From: Tubulanus polymorphus
Taxonomy: Eukaryota; Animalia; Nemertea
Direction of reading: 5' to 3'
Length of the DNA: 64,000 nt
Assembly: GCF_964204645.1 (NCBI RefSeq)
Contig: NC_134035.1
Location: 6,905,101-6,969,100 of the forward strand
The number at the start of each line of letters is the position of its first letter. Position 1 is the stretch's first letter. The notes under the pieces were generated by a model, which did not search any database, was not told where the DNA came from, and saw nothing but the letters and a program-made list of their open reading frames with translations. Positions 1 to 13,699 of the stretch are shown here, piece after piece. The position numbers and the translations under genes are program-made.

Positions 1-1612
1 ATAAATCCCTTTCAACTTACGTTAATATTTGAATAACTTTACCTAACTTTTATTTTGTAACTACGTATATACATATATAATATCGAAATTATTCACTCGT
101 TAGTTAGTCCTCCAGTGCACCACCACCAGTCGTCGTCGTTACATTGTAGCTGGCAGCCTTTGTGATTCCTACAATAAAAAGGAAATAATAAAGAAACTTT
201 TATTTCATAGTTGTGTTACGGTAAGCCTTGAAGTTCATTTCGATCATAAGTCCATACATACAGTGATTGTTATGCTTGTTATTGGAGAACAACAGTTAAG
301 TCATTTCATTGATATAAAATCCGACGAAAAGGTCTCTAACATGGGTTTCTACATAAAAGATTGTTTCAAAAACATTCTATCGGTATTTTTCCATGTATTG
401 ATAGTATCAAAATTTATGGATTGAATAACGTACCTTAGTAAATAAACGATTTTTAAATCCCTCAAACACAAGCTCATTGCTGAACAATGGCGAACACTTC
501 CTGTTTTGATATGTCACGATATCCATAGGTTTCGAATCCTATATTTTGCTTTACTCCCGAAATTTTGAATCTTGCTTTCCAATGGTATTAAAACGTCAAA
601 ATCCACGTTGGGATTGCTTAAAACAGGCTATATTGATGATATCTAACTTAACTAATAATTTGCTGCAGGCTCTTGGATGACAACGTTTAGAAAACCTTCG
701 GTAAACGTTATCACACCGTTTCTGAATGTTGTATGAACGTTGTGTGCTAGCTGGGTTAGCCCTTTACCATCTATGTATCAATTACGTGTAGTAATAGATT
801 CGTATAGTAATAGATAACGCTACCCACGGAGAAGATTAGTGTTTTACCGCGTGCACACAGACGTGCATCAACAGACCCACATCTTAATTGTCGAATGGTC
901 ATGCGAACACATGGTGTCACATTTTAAAAATCTTTAAGCTTGGGCCTAAATTGCTTTACTATTAAAAACTAACATGAATGAATCTATTGAAAGCCACATT
1001 CACTCGGTTGCTGAACTTGATTTCAACAGTAACCGGCCGTCCTGGTTTAATATGTACTGCCCTGAAATTTGAAAAACTTATGTAGCATCTTCTGATTTTG
1101 TTTGTCCCGAGTACTTAATTTTCAAGTTTTAGTTGTTTTATGTCATTGCCTCACGAGATCAAAATTGTCAAGTCCAAAATGTCCATAATTAAACTTGCGT
1201 AACTGTCATTCTTCCGCTGGTGAATATTGTTTTCCTGTTCCACTTGGTCAATCGTAAGACTAGCTATAGGCCCTCAGGGTACAGCTAGCAGTTGGCCTTA
1301 AGAAGGTTCAGTCTGTGAACAGCTTCAAGACACTCATGTTGAATCATGGATGTGAAGCATGTACCCAATGGACTGCATGGTCATTGGCCTATGCCATGGG
1401 TTCTTGGCGATTGTGCCAAGAGCAGACTATATCCGGTGGCCATGGTAAGTATATTTTCTGACGTTTTACCTTGATAGTATGGATTAAAGATGCACCGCAT
1501 CAACGCAGTTACTTCCATTCACTTTTCAAGTTCTCAGTCAATACCGAAACCCATCATGGAAAGTTTCTTTCTGGTTAGGACGTTGTGGTAACACGACGTC
1601 CTGTTGAAATGG

Positions 1613-1718
1613 TGTAAGTTAGTGTTGTAAAAGTACAACAAGTCAATACGTGGCCATGATATGTAGTTTATTTTAACTCTAGATGGTAGCACCTGCCAGT
1701 ACAAACAAATACATTACA
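1613..1718 (-). repeat. 3' LTR of the Gypsy element (about 106 bp), with polypurine tract at 1719-1729
   Basis: TGTAA...TTACA termini. On the minus strand it is directly preceded by AAGAAGGAGGA and contains AATAAA. Confidence 0.7.
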
Positions 1719-2019
1719 TCCTCCTTCTTAAGTATTAAGAATATACCGAATGCTAACTTGTATGAACCAGTAAAAGTTATACCTCTTATCTAACCTAAGA
1801 CCAATTACTACAACAAGTAACTCAAGTTTGAGTTTTTTTGTGTTAAACATTTTAAAACAATAACCCAAAAGGACAGAAAACCATTTCTGTTCTAATCTAA
1901 CATGCACAAATTTCTAACAGGCACAAATGAGTATATCAACATCGAATAATGCAAATTGATATGGTAGTTAATGTTAGTCATCAATGTATATTATTGCAAT
2001 GTAAATAAACTGTCAGTTA

Positions 2020-4001
2020 TTAAGTAACATAATCACCCAAGTAACTTGGTTTCTTTACAAATCGACTGGACCTTGTGGAAACATTAGAATCACTAACAAC
2101 CTGAGAAGTTTCAGGGGGGTCAGGGAGACTAACTACAGGAGATTCTGGGTAGAAGGGTGGAGATTGAGGAGGTTCAATTTCTGGTAGTCCCTGAACTAAT
2201 ACCGGCGGTATAGGCAGAGTTTCCTCTCCAGTTTTTAGTAAGTGTCTACGATTACGACGCAATTGTTTACGATTAACATCAATAAAATATGATCTTTCAT
2301 AATTATCAGCAACTGCTGTTACACGCGCCGGTTGCCAAGTGTCTTTTGCAGACTTTTTGTACCTCACTATTTCACCTGGCCTCAGTGTAGGCAGTTATTT
2401 GGCAGCTCTGTCATAATATTTCTTGTACAACTCTTGCCTTGACTGAAGACGCAAGTGATCCCTATTAGAATTTGAATTTGATGGTTTTGATATGACCTTG
2501 GCAACTGGCAGTCTGGTTTTCAAACGTCTACCTATCAATAACTCTGATGGGCTTTTACCCACACCCTCTAGAGGTGTATCTCTATATGCTATAAGAGCAA
2601 GGTAGATGTCTCCACTAGACTCCTCAGCTTTCGTTAACATGTTTTTAACTGTTTGTACAAAACGCTCAGCTTGTCCATTTGATTGTGGAATGTTGGACTG
2701 TTAGTATCATTATAGCTAGGACTGCTATGTCCATTATCACTATAGGTTATGTCGGGTATTCCATGACGAGCGTAGATTGACTTCAACGCGTTTCGTTGAT
2801 TTACTCTGTTCATCTGGCAGTAACGCAACTTCTGGATACTTTGAGTAGAAGTCAACGCAGATCAGATAATCCCGATGTCTGAAGTGAAATAAATCACATG
2901 CCACCTCAGCCCATGGACGATCAGGCATTTCGTGAAGAATTAATGGTTCCTTGCGATTCGCGTTTCTCGTTTCAAGACATATTTTGCAGCGTGATACCAT
3001 GTGTTCGATGTCTTGTTTCATTTCCGGTCAATATAATATATCTCTCGCTCTGCGTTTACATTTCACGAAGCGAAATGCGACTTGTGTACGTTTTCGAGCA
3101 TATCCGGACGCATTTTGGCAGGAACTATGATACGCTGTCCACAATACGCAATGCCGTCAATAACAGTAATTTCATCACGAAACATCATGTATTTTCCAAG
3201 TTCTGGATTGATATCTCGCTTATCTGTCGGCCAACCGATCATGACCGCAGTGCAAAGTTGCTGCAATACGGGATCCGATTTCGTTTCCTCGCGAAACTGA
3301 TTCAATCGCTCTGGCATAACTGGAAGATATTTCTCGACCCTACAGACTTCCAGTTCTTGACAGTCTGCCGTTTCATCTAAACATGAACGACTGAGCGCAT
3401 CTGCGCATCTGCCACATACATTAGTTTACCTGGTTTGTAAACAATGTTGAATTGATATTTACACGATGCCATGCACATTCCTTGTAATCGCGGTGTAACC
3501 TTATCTAACGACTTCGCGCAGATCGACACTAATGGCTTATGATCCGTCTCGATTGTAATCTTGCGACCATAAATATAGTCGTGGAATTTCTGTGTTCCAA
3601 CGACGACCGCTAGGAGTTCCCGTTCTATTTGCATAACCAACGTTGTGTATCATTTAAACTGGGCGACGCGTATGCGACAGGTTTCCCTTCTTGTAATAAA
3701 ACAGCTCCTAGTCCCGTTGAACTTGCATCCACCGACAGTGTGACTGCTTTCGAATTATCAAACAGTTTCAGAACCAGTGCCTCTGAGACTAGTTTCCTAA
3801 CGTGCTGCAAGCTCGCTTGCTGCAAAGGGTCCCAATGTCATGGTACCTCTTTACGCGACGTAACGGTTCAGTGATTCCAGACAGATTCTGGATGAATTTG
3901 CCCAGGTATTGTACCATACCCTGAAACCGCAAAAATGCTGATGAATCGGTTGGAGCCGGCATCTTTACGACTGCTCGAATCTTTTCCGGATCAGCTTTCA
4001 T
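2020..4001 (-). pseudogene. Gypsy pol remnant (RT C-terminus, RNase H, integrase), frameshifted
   Basis: Motifs ADPEKI, VDASSTGLGAVLLQ, ERELLAV, ETDHKPL, H..H/C..C integrase zinc finger, PW..VACDLF, YSDNG, YRDTP, SPSELL.GRRLKTRLP. Confidence 0.9.
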
Positions 4002-7000
4002 GTAACCTTGCTACAGATCGTTCCCATAAGAATTCATGGTAATGATGTTTCCTGTGATACATTCGCCCTCCTCGACCCTAGTTTGCAGACGTCGTAATGT
4101 ACTGACAACCTCACAGAAAGGCTTAAATTTACTGGTGAAAGAAAACTCCTACGTCTTTATAATGCTGAATCAAGTGGTAATCCGAAATCTACGCTGAAGC
4201 TGAAGCTCTGCCTGACTCCGCTGGCAGATGGTGCAGCTGATAAGAAGATTCAAGTAGACAAAGTATGGTCGATCCCGCGTCTGAACATTTCCATGCCGCA
4301 GGTTCGAGGCAAGAACAAGCCAAGATGGCTCCACCTAGATGATATTTCCATTCCTGATGTCGATCATGGCCAAGTAGAGGTTTTACTTGGGCCAATGTGA
4401 CCGAAGCTGTGATACAACATGACGTCCGAATTGGTAGCCCTGGTCAGCCTATTGCCATTAAGACTGATTTTGGTTGGGCTATAACGGGTCCTACAAGAAG
4501 CTAATCGAAATGTCCAGTATCTGAAGTCCATGTCCCTGAAGTCGATGTCCGACGAAGATGAATTTGACGAGATAATCCAAGAATGGTGGTCTACCGAAGC
4601 CTTTGGGACGAAATACGACAAGCCGATAGCTGAATTCAAAGAAGACACCCGTGCATTGAGTATCCTGAAGTCTAGGACAAAAAAGATTGATGGTCAAGAC
4701 CGCTACGAGACAGCTTTACTCTGGAAGAAAGATGATACGTCACTGCCAAACAATAGATTGATGGCTATGAAGTGCTTGGTATCTACAGAGCAAAACCTGC
4801 GTCGACATCCTGACAGAATTGAAGCATACAACAACACTTTCAAAGGCTATGTCGCCAGAGGGTTTGTGTAACAGCCTGATCGTTCTGGGTTACATTACCA
4901 ACGAAAGTCAACGTTTCCATTCGTTCTTTGCTAATAGAGTTGCTGAGATTTGTGATGAATCAACTCCTGACCAATGGTCCCATGTTCCAGGTGTACTGAA
5001 CCCTGCTGATGTCTGCTCTCGAGGTGCGTCTGCCTCTGAACTGGCTGCTGATAAAAGATGGCTGAGCGGTCCAGAACTTTTGTTGGATCCAAAAGATTGG
5101 CCACACCAAGACGGAGATGCGTCTGCAAGAAGACGACCCAGAGGTAAAAAGAGTAGCTTATAATATCGAAGCTGTGGTGATCCAAGTCTTACCCGATGCA
5201 GCTAGATTCACGTCGTGGATTCGTTATCTGCGTATTGTTGCTTGGGCCAGCCGCTATATCCAGAGTCTGAACCGAATCGTCAAGAAGATTCCCGCCGAAC
5301 TTGGTCCACGCCCGAGTTAAAGAAAGCAGAATTATTAGTTCTACGAGATGTCCAAGCCAGAGTTTATCCGTCAGAGGTTGAAGCCCTGCAAGAAAAGAAG
5401 CCATTGAGAAAAGGCTGTGTCCTCCATTTAACGCCGATGCTCGATGATGATGGTCTACTCCGTGCAAGAGGGCGCTTAACCAATGCTCCGGTGAATTTTG
5501 ATGTTAAACATCCGATAATTCTGCCGACTCAACAAGATGTCACTAGGTTGGTCCTTTTGAATCAGCACTACAAACTATTTCACACCGGTGTTGAGCATAC
5601 GCTTAATGAGATACGACAGCTGTTTTGGATACCCAAGGCCAGATCAAGAATCCAGAAGCTGATTTATGACTGCAAGCTGTGCAAGAAAAGACGAATAAAG
5701 CCAAATCTGCTGTTGATGGCTGATCTTCCCGGCCACAAGATTTGAAAGAAGTCATCCCTTCTGTTGTACTGGTATCGACTACTTCGGACCTTTCAGTGTC
5801 AGAAAGTTCCGTAAGATTGAGAAGCGTTACGGTGTCTTAATAACTTGTTTGACCACCAGGGCTGTCCACCTAGAAGTTGCTGATACCCTTGATACTGACA
5901 GTTTCCTGTTAGCGCTCAGACGTTTTATTGCAAGAAGAGGAAATCCGATTATCATCTACTCGGACAATGGTACGAACTTCAGGGAAGGTGAGTGAGAGCT
6001 TTGAGATTCCTTAACCGAATGGAACCAAGAGCAGATCACCGATGAGTTAACTCAACGTGATGTCCAGTGGCGTTTCAACCCACCTGCCGCCAGCCACATG
6101 GGTGGCATATGGGAAAGAATGGTGCAGTCTGTAAAACGAGCACTCAAGACTGTCCTTGGTAACCAAATTTGTCGGAGATGAAGTGCTTAGAACTGTTTTC
6201 ACCGAAATTGAGTCTCTGTTGAACAGCCGACGGCTTACCTATGTCAACTCCGATGTAAACGAACCTGAAGCGCTAACTCCGAACCACTTCTTGTTAGGTA
6301 GAAGCAGCGTTAATCTACCTCCAGGTGTCTTCACCGACGATGACCTGATAAGACGAACGAGATGGCGGCAGGCCCAAGTGATTTCCGTCCATTTCTGGAA
6401 GAGATTTACTGGTAGTCGATGACAACACTCCTCGTAGTTTGTGGACGTTGGCTCGTGTAATCAAAACTTTTCCGAAAACTTTTCTGATGGCAGAATAAGA
6501 TCCGTGGAAGTGAAAACCAAGATGGGAACATATCGAAGACCTGCTACTAAAATATGTGTTCTGCTGGAACACGATGATGATAGTGATATTTCGTTTTTAA
6601 CATATGACATTTTAATTTGTCTACCGACTATGTACGTTATTTTCCCTGCTCCGCTGCTGGGGAGGATGTTAAAGGCACCTGCCTCGTTGACCATGGTCAG
6701 TGTCATTCACGGTCCTGATCACCGTGATCTGATTTTACAATAAGTTTGTACCTGCTGCCCTTTAGGCTTTCAGTGCCTGTCCAGTAATCCGGCACTATTT
6801 TAACAATAGAAACTTGTATGTGTAACTTGAACCTGGCTATATAAACCCTGTATACTATGTCACCTCACTTCACTATTTAGGTAGCAATACATAGTGCTAG
6901 ATGTACATTAAAAGTTTGGTTGTTTCTTGTTGATGTCTGTTCCTGGCTGATGCTGCATTCTACTTCGTCAATATTCGCTGTTTGCTGTCTACAATGGCAG

Positions 7001-7022
7001 AAGTGTGGCTTTACTGCCAACA
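4002..7022 (+). mobile_element. BEL/Pao LTR retrotransposon remnant (protease, RNase H C-part, integrase, 3' LTR); 5' end and RT deleted
   Basis: FALLDP protease near 4060, [101 protein letters not shown] at about 6659-6666. Confidence 0.92.
6667..7022 (+). repeat. 3' LTR of the BEL/Pao element
   Basis: TGTT...AACA termini, directly after the PPT. TATATAAA near 6839 and ATTAAA near 6908. Gypsy protease sequence resumes at 7023. Confidence 0.75.
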
Positions 7023-7862
7023 GGGCTTACATTGTCACTAACTATGTAGAAATCGAGTTCCTTTTTACAGTTCTTATACTGAGATGGTAACTTGGCAACA
7101 CCAAGTGGTGACATTTTCGAATTGTTGTAGGTCACTAGTTTAGTAGCTGTATTTGTGATGACAGTTGTTGCTGATTTCATCTGATCAAAAGTTTTTCGCG
7201 GAAGCACATTGGCCTGCGCCCCTGTATCTAATTTGACAGTTACCGGTTTACTGTTGATGCACACATTCTCAATCCAGTCATCTGACCGACTTAGACTACC
7301 GATGGACAGACAGCCTATGAATTAATCATCCTCAATGTCGACAGTGTCAACCGTTTTACTAGGTTTCATTTTTCCTCTCGATTTTGAGCGACAACACTTA
7401 GAAAAGTGATTTCGTCCTTTAAAGTTAAAACATGTCTTTCCATAGGCCTGGCATTTACCATAATCGTGTTTACTGTTACAGTCTCTGCAGGATGCAGATG
7501 GAACTGTGATTGACGATTTAAATTTCTGTTGCCTATTCTGTTGCTGTTTGTACCGAACATCGTAATTGAGCTCGTATTGCTTCACTTTGAATGCCACACA
7601 CTATACGATCTCGTATGAGACTATCTGTAAGCATTCCAAACTCACCGTGTTTTACTTTACTCCTTAGATCGGTTACATATGTATCAATATTTTCACCCCT
7701 CTCCTGACTTCTGGTGAAAAACACATGTCTTAAATAAGTGACATTCTTCTTTGGCTCACAGTACTTACTTAAGTGATCTTTAATAGTTTTCAGATCTGTT
7801 TTTTCAGTATCAATCAATTCCAATGTATTATTATATACATGCCTGGCTACAGCTTTATTCAA
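7023..7862 (-). pseudogene. Gypsy gag (zinc knuckles) and aspartic protease remnant
   Basis: YLRHVFFTRSQ..GE.ID.YVTDLR, LIRDRIVCGI, CRDC...H...C.AYGKTC....G.NHF, KLDTGAQANVL. Confidence 0.88.
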
Positions 7863-8177
7863 TTTTACCAGAGTTGTTTATTGGAGGAAAATATCATTGT
7901 TAAGTACGCCTAGAGCCATGTTGTATCATCAATCAGTTGATTGACAGTTAATTGTAAAATTCCGTCGGTTCGGCCATATTCTAAGATACATCTTCATTTT
8001 AAGATGCCCTGCCACCTCATGCACACTTACGAGGCAGTAGCAGCCCTGTACGGAAAAATAACTTATATTATCTTTACCATGCGATGAACACCACAACAGT
8101 GATTAAATTTACACGTTGTTTGTCGTAAATTGCAATCTCGGTAATGTGCCGCTCCTGTAGCTTTTTGGAATTGAACT

Positions 8178-8385
8178 GAGCGGCCTGAGTAGCTCAGCGT
8201 CAGTTAGATAAACCTGATGCCATTGAATACACTATCAGTTCTGAGTGACAAGTTGGTTGAGTAATGCTGGCTGCGTACAGTGTGTGGGCAACACTTCAAA
8301 GGCTGTCCCGTCGTGAGGTTAAATGAACAATTCAATATGGTTAGTCTTGGGAAACCAAACGATGTAAAGCCAAACAATCATCAGC
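8178..8385 (+). repeat. Possible tRNA-derived SINE remnant (related head at about 45387)
   Basis: Head GAGCGGCCTGAGTAGCTCAG here versus GAGCGGCCTCGGTGGCTCAG at 45387 (A-box like). Bodies are poorly conserved. Confidence 0.3.
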
Positions 8386-8469
8386 TGGCCTCAGTTACAC
8401 CAACGCCGGCTGGTTAATCTACGAATGCATCACAGGATTTTGCAATCTCCTCACAATCAACATCATCAC

Positions 8470-8552
8470 ATAACATTTGCCTGCAGATGTAATACATTAA
8501 CCACTTAATACCTTACCACAGTATAATCTACCAATACCAAGGGCCTCCTGTT
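8470..8552 (+). repeat. 3' end of a dispersed repeat (second copy at about 46280-46365)
   Basis: Shared CCTGCAGATGTAA...CCACTTAATACCTTACCACA...GGGCCTC(C/T)TGTT. Confidence 0.6.
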
Positions 8553-10379
8553 CCTTAACTGTTTCGAGGCATAAAACTTTTTATCATACGTACTAACAGA
8601 CTCCAATGATCAGGGTCCAAGGAGCAAATCAGTTACATTACAACACTGAGTAATAACAGACCTTTAAATTTAGGCATATTTTCCAACAGAATAATGAATA
8701 AGTTGAGACGAGCAGTCATAAGATTAAAATACAAAAACACAAGTAACTGCGTAGAACACTAACCTCTACAGCCATCAGATATCTGAGAGATTCTACCTAT
8801 TATAGGCTTACGCATTACCTACCCCTAAACCTAACCCTCTCTACTCTAACTCTCAGGACTCTTCTCACCCTCTGGAGTTATAAAAACTGCCAAATTTTAC
8901 CAGCTCTGAATAGGACTGAATAGGGCTCGTATCGGAGTTGTAGTTTATTAAGATGGGCCTAATTTAATCTAATAAGTCTAAAATAACTCAAAGCCTGGTT
9001 AAATAGATTATTGCATTTCCTGCATTCTCGCTCATCAGTATTTGATTGCTGCCTGCTGAAGCTCACACCAACACAATACCTGGCCGCAAACTCTTCATTG
9101 GTCCATAGCATTGCCTAAAATTTCTTGGGCGGACAGGTTAATAGCAACATGGCAGTAAAAATAATGCATTTGATACTCAAGGCATACGAATAACGATTTA
9201 TTTTGTAAAATGTGTTGAATTACGTATATGATAATGTATATGATTTTGAAATTCTGTGCATGAAGTAACTTTGCATAAAGATATCTGGCATAGATGTAGG
9301 TTCAAGATGTGGAAATTTTCTTCCCTGTTCGCCACACGCCTGATTCATTGATTTTGATTACATCTAAATATCTGATAACATTTTTGCGTAACATTCTAAC
9401 TTTGCACTTTTGCTGTTTGGCGAGCCACTTGAAAATTGGTCCTGATTTATACATTTTACACGATATATATCCTTACAATACGTTGGATACGATAAAACCT
9501 CACTCCGATGGCTAAATATAATTAAATGTAATAAAAATGAGAAAATTCAGAACTAGAATTTTTCAATATCCCACATTGTCTGGAACTTCCGATTTTCTCA
9601 ATACCTCAATTTGTATTACCATCATATATAGTTTACCTGTATGCCATAATGCCAAAACTGCCAAGGATTAAATATACTGGTCATTAATTGTTGTGGACCT
9701 GGTTCGCTGCCACCAACACATCGTACAGTGTCGCCACCACCAATTTACCGTTTGATATGCACATGGCCTGTATTCTTGGATTCACAAAATTATAGTGCGT
9801 GAAGGAATATTCAGATTGGATTTATATCAGTGCAATTCTACCTAACTGCTGACGTCATTACGACATTACATGAGATATGCATGCATCAATCCCAGAAGCC
9901 AATTCACTTGATCGATCTCAATGAAGTATCAGCAAGCCTTTTTCTGTGAACTAATTTTCACTGAAATTTACTCTATTTGGGAAATTCCTATCGCCTTTGC
10001 ACAATTGCAGGTGATAGTTGAACTTTCGTTCGTTCTGAGGGACTTGTGGTTTATAACCGAGTCCATATATTTAAGCGCACCGGTGTTTTTTCTGTGGCAC
10101 CGTGTATCGGTCCGCCATTTGTTGTCCATGTCGGAATTATAATTTCGGTTGATTGAAACCAACGCAGGAAAAGACAGACCTTCTGCTTGAAGTGCCAGGT
10201 CTAAGGCTGTACTATCCATCTAATATCTGAATCCTGCGAAAAGGTACAAAACGAAGTAATCCATTTGAGTCCAAGAGACCATGAGTGGCAAAAATTTAAG
10301 GAAAATTCCTTATCTCATTCATGGGCAGCGGTACTTAATTATCGAGCAGGCAGAATCGCCCGATGTGTGGATTTCTGGA

Positions 10380-10886
10380 AGACTTACTACAAAATTTGGT
10401 ATGAGGATCAGGGTAGGTAAGCTGTCCATGCCTTTTGTATAAGGAGGTCATCAGCTTTCAAATATGGCCGCCAGGTCAGCCATCTTGAATTTCTGGCACG
10501 AAACAGCCTGCAATTATTGACCCATTTTCATGGTACTAAGTGTAAGAATTTTGGTAGCTGAAATGTATACCCCATATTGAAAATTAAGTTCAAGTATGGC
10601 CGCCAGGGTTGCCATCCATCTTGGATTTCTTTTCAGCATGATGCTTACACCTATTCTTAATGCTTTTTTTTCATGTAGTGTGATCTTTGGGGCAGCTAAA
10701 ATGGGCTTTTCTTTTCATGTAAGGATATATCAACAGAAAATGACATTATCGCCACATAGCCTATACCATCTTAACTATTTTAAAGCTTGTTACATCGTTA
10801 CAATGTAAATCTTGCTGTAAAACTTTGAATACTGGATCATTCTTCTTCTGCATCCTGAAGGTATAAGGCCCGTGGGCCTCTTGTTT
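10380..10886 (+). mobile_element. Non-autonomous Helentron-like (HINE) 3' fragment
   Basis: ATGGCCGCC/GCCATCTTG motifs and a terminal hairpin AGGCCCGTGGGCCT followed by CTTGTT. Left boundary is approximate. Confidence 0.45.
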
Positions 10887-11609
10887 TCATACAGGCTGAT
10901 ATTTAGCTTTCAGACGTAAGGATGTTAGTGATCCCTGTGCTGAGAGGTCAACAAAAGGTCAAGTTTGTTGTGGGGGAGGGTTGCTTTCCCATCATGGCCG
11001 AGTGGGGAAACCCTTACTATTCAGTGTGTTGTTAAACCTGGTTAGCAAGGATACAAAAGTACATGATACTCATCCAGAACACTTACACATAAGTTTTTGA
11101 GAAAACACTATTAAAATCTAATGCCCCAATACATTTTACTGAAAATCCAAGCCTATGAGTGAATTCCTATATTATCAAATCACATAAAATATGAAGGTAC
11201 TCAGTGTGTGATCTTTGGCCAAGGTAGATTTAGCCCACATGGAAATTAAGTCCAACGGGATATTGCGTTCACTTAACGTCTGTTGTTTGTCTTGTCTGTA
11301 GACAAAATCAAGTTATTTTGAAAGTTAAGAAAAGGCTTGAATTTTGTTTATACATCTATTGAAACCATTGGAGCAAATTGTGACGTGTATTATAATACAG
11401 TGTTTTCAAGAGTTTCTCATATTTTCCACTGACCACATTTACTGCATAACATTACATCTGTATATTTTCTCTATGAATGTTTCCCGATAGGTGATACAGG
11501 TTACACTCAAAAGACTAAATGTACATAGAAATGGGGCACCGGGACCACATTTGTCTACGGAATAAGAAGTGTAAAATACGGTGTATGGTGTACGAATTAG
11601 ATACAGAAT

Positions 11610-13192
11610 TTTTAGCCCACTTGGGACTTTCGTCCCAGCGGGCTATTGCGTTCACTTTTTGTCAGTCGTTCATTCGTCTGTCTGTCCGTCCGTAGACGGA
11701 ATCCAGTTATTTTGGGAAGTTTTGAAGACGCTTCAATGTAATATCTTGATATTTGGGTTACACATGTATCTACCCTAGACACATCTTCAGCCCAAAAGCT
11801 GGCCCTGTCAGAATCAAGATGGCCAACTGGCAGCCATTGTTGTTCGCCAAAATCAGCACTTTCTACACATTTTTGAACTTTTTAGATAAATTTTGAAGAC
11901 GCTTCGGTCAATTACCTTGTTCTTTCGTATGTATTTGGATCCCCCAAGGGCCCATCAGCATAAGAAAAATTGGGTCGATCGGACTCAAGATGGTCGTCGT
12001 ATGACCTACTTAGTGCCCAAAAATGTCAATTTTGGCCCGAACTCTGAGTCCTGTAGCTTCCTACTGGTTTCCCATTTCTCATTGTAATTTTTGATGGGTA
12101 TTCTTTGGAAAGGGAAGTTTTATGTCTAAGACAGGTATTTTTGATCAGACAATTATGGCGCAATTGGAGGCCATGTTGGTGTCATCAGTACTCATTCGTA
12201 GGTGGGAAAAAGTTTTTCCACATTATATAAATACCTAAGCATAATTTGTTACCACAACCAATTAGAAAGTTGTAGCCCATAACGTGTTCTATAATTTTGG
12301 TGAATTTCATGGTCATAGGTTTTTGTTCATGGCCATCAGGGGGCGATGAATAATACAATAACTTAGTATTTCTATATTATGTTCATACCTATGCATATTT
12401 TGCTACCACAATCAATTGCTAAGTTGTAGCTGAAGTTAATTGTAGTAACTTATAACCAGCGTTGTGGGTCGCAATAACTGTTGACCAGGGACGGCTAAAG
12501 GCTGAGACAAGACCGAGAGCCTGAGAGAGTAACAAGTCTGAACACATTGATTTCTTGATGCTAACTGATGATATTTATTTCTGTACTACACTAACACAAA
12601 CTAAAAATAGATTACAGTCTCTGTTCTTGGCCACCCAGGGGTCAGTTACTATGGCCAGCATCTGGCATGGATTAACTATCTTACATAACGGCCCACTGAA
12701 ATACCCTCAGAATTAACCACAGTAGCTCATGAATGTGGTGAGTTTTAAGGACATTAGTTATTCTATGTGGTCTCCAGGGGGCGTTGAATAGTACAATAAC
12801 TTAGTATTTTACAGTACAGTAACTTAGTATTTCCTTATTAGATTGGTACCTAGGTATATTTTTGTTACCATCAATTGCAAAGTTGTAGTTCATGACGTGG
12901 TCTATGATTTTGGTGAGTTGCAAGGTCATTGGGTTTTGCATATGGTCACCAGGGGGCATTGCATAATAGAATAATTTAGTATTTCCATATTCAATTGGTA
13001 ACGAGGCATATTTTGCTATCACAATCAATTAAAAAATCATAGCCGCTGACATATTCTATATTTGTGGTGAGTTTCAAGGTCATTGGTGTTTGTATATGGT
13101 CACCAAGGGGGTGTTGAATATCGAAAGTGGTAGATTGTTGAGGATTTGAAACCACTTCCCAAGTGGGCGTGGTGTCCCTGGACCCCTAGTTT
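11610..13192 (+). mobile_element. HINE family A, full copy (non-autonomous Helentron/DINE-1-like) with internal ~155-bp tandem repeats
   Basis: 5' TTTAGCCCACTTGGGA, then a hairpin and a GTCT/GTCC microsatellite. 3' TCCCAAGTGGG sub-terminal IR, hairpin and CTAGTT. Homologous to 22200-22398, 27158-27830, 33627-34780 and 57483-58702. Confidence 0.8.
12431..12721 (-). mobile_element. Solo LTR (291 bp) with 5-bp TSD GTAGC
   Basis: TGAAGTTAATT...AATTAACCACA termini. GTAGC at 12426-12430 and 12722-12726. Absent from the other HINE-A copies. AATAAA on the minus strand. Confidence 0.75.
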
Positions 13193-13699
13193 AAGGGAAT
13201 AACATAAATAGAATATATGCACATAGTATGAGCAAATGTACATCCGATAGAGTGATTCCATGAATTACTTGGTAAATCCAGCAATACTGTCAACACAAGT
13301 TGAAGGCCTTATGGCAGCACAAAACTTAGTATCACAATTTCCTTCAAAAGCAACCTATGGGACCATGAAACAAGTATGCAAAGTTTCATGAAATCAACTG
13401 GAATGTTAACAGTGTTCAATGTGACCGCTTCTTTTACTGGTGGGTGTCCCCTGATGGCAGCTACAGACATAAAACCAAATAGTCTTTAGATAGAAACCTG
13501 TGGAACCATGCCCTGAACAAGTGTAGAGAATAACGTGAAATCTTGAATGAGTACTGAGAAAAATATGACAAAAGATTCGTACCAAGTAACCCCTTGTGGC
13601 AGTGCAAGTCATCATCACAATTTCCTTTGATAACCACCTATGGGACCATTGAAATTAAAGGGAATGTCGAAGTAAAAATCGGGACCTTTCATTTTTATT

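Larger units (their letters stand above)
1613..7870 (-). mobile_element. Decayed Ty3/Gypsy LTR retrotransposon, 5'-truncated, interrupted by a BEL/Pao element
   Basis: Minus-strand fragments in the order gag, protease, RT end/RNase H, integrase. PPT and 3' LTR at 1613-1729. No 5' LTR seen. Confidence 0.88.

Noticed and set aside
104-168. Possible terminal exon on the minus strand (GITKAASYNVTTTTGGGALED*)
   Set aside because: Plausible acceptor and stop, but too short, with no recognisable homology or supported upstream exon
9968-10219. 83-aa minus-strand ORF as a host gene
   Set aside because: No recognisable domain; could be chance or a non-coding exon
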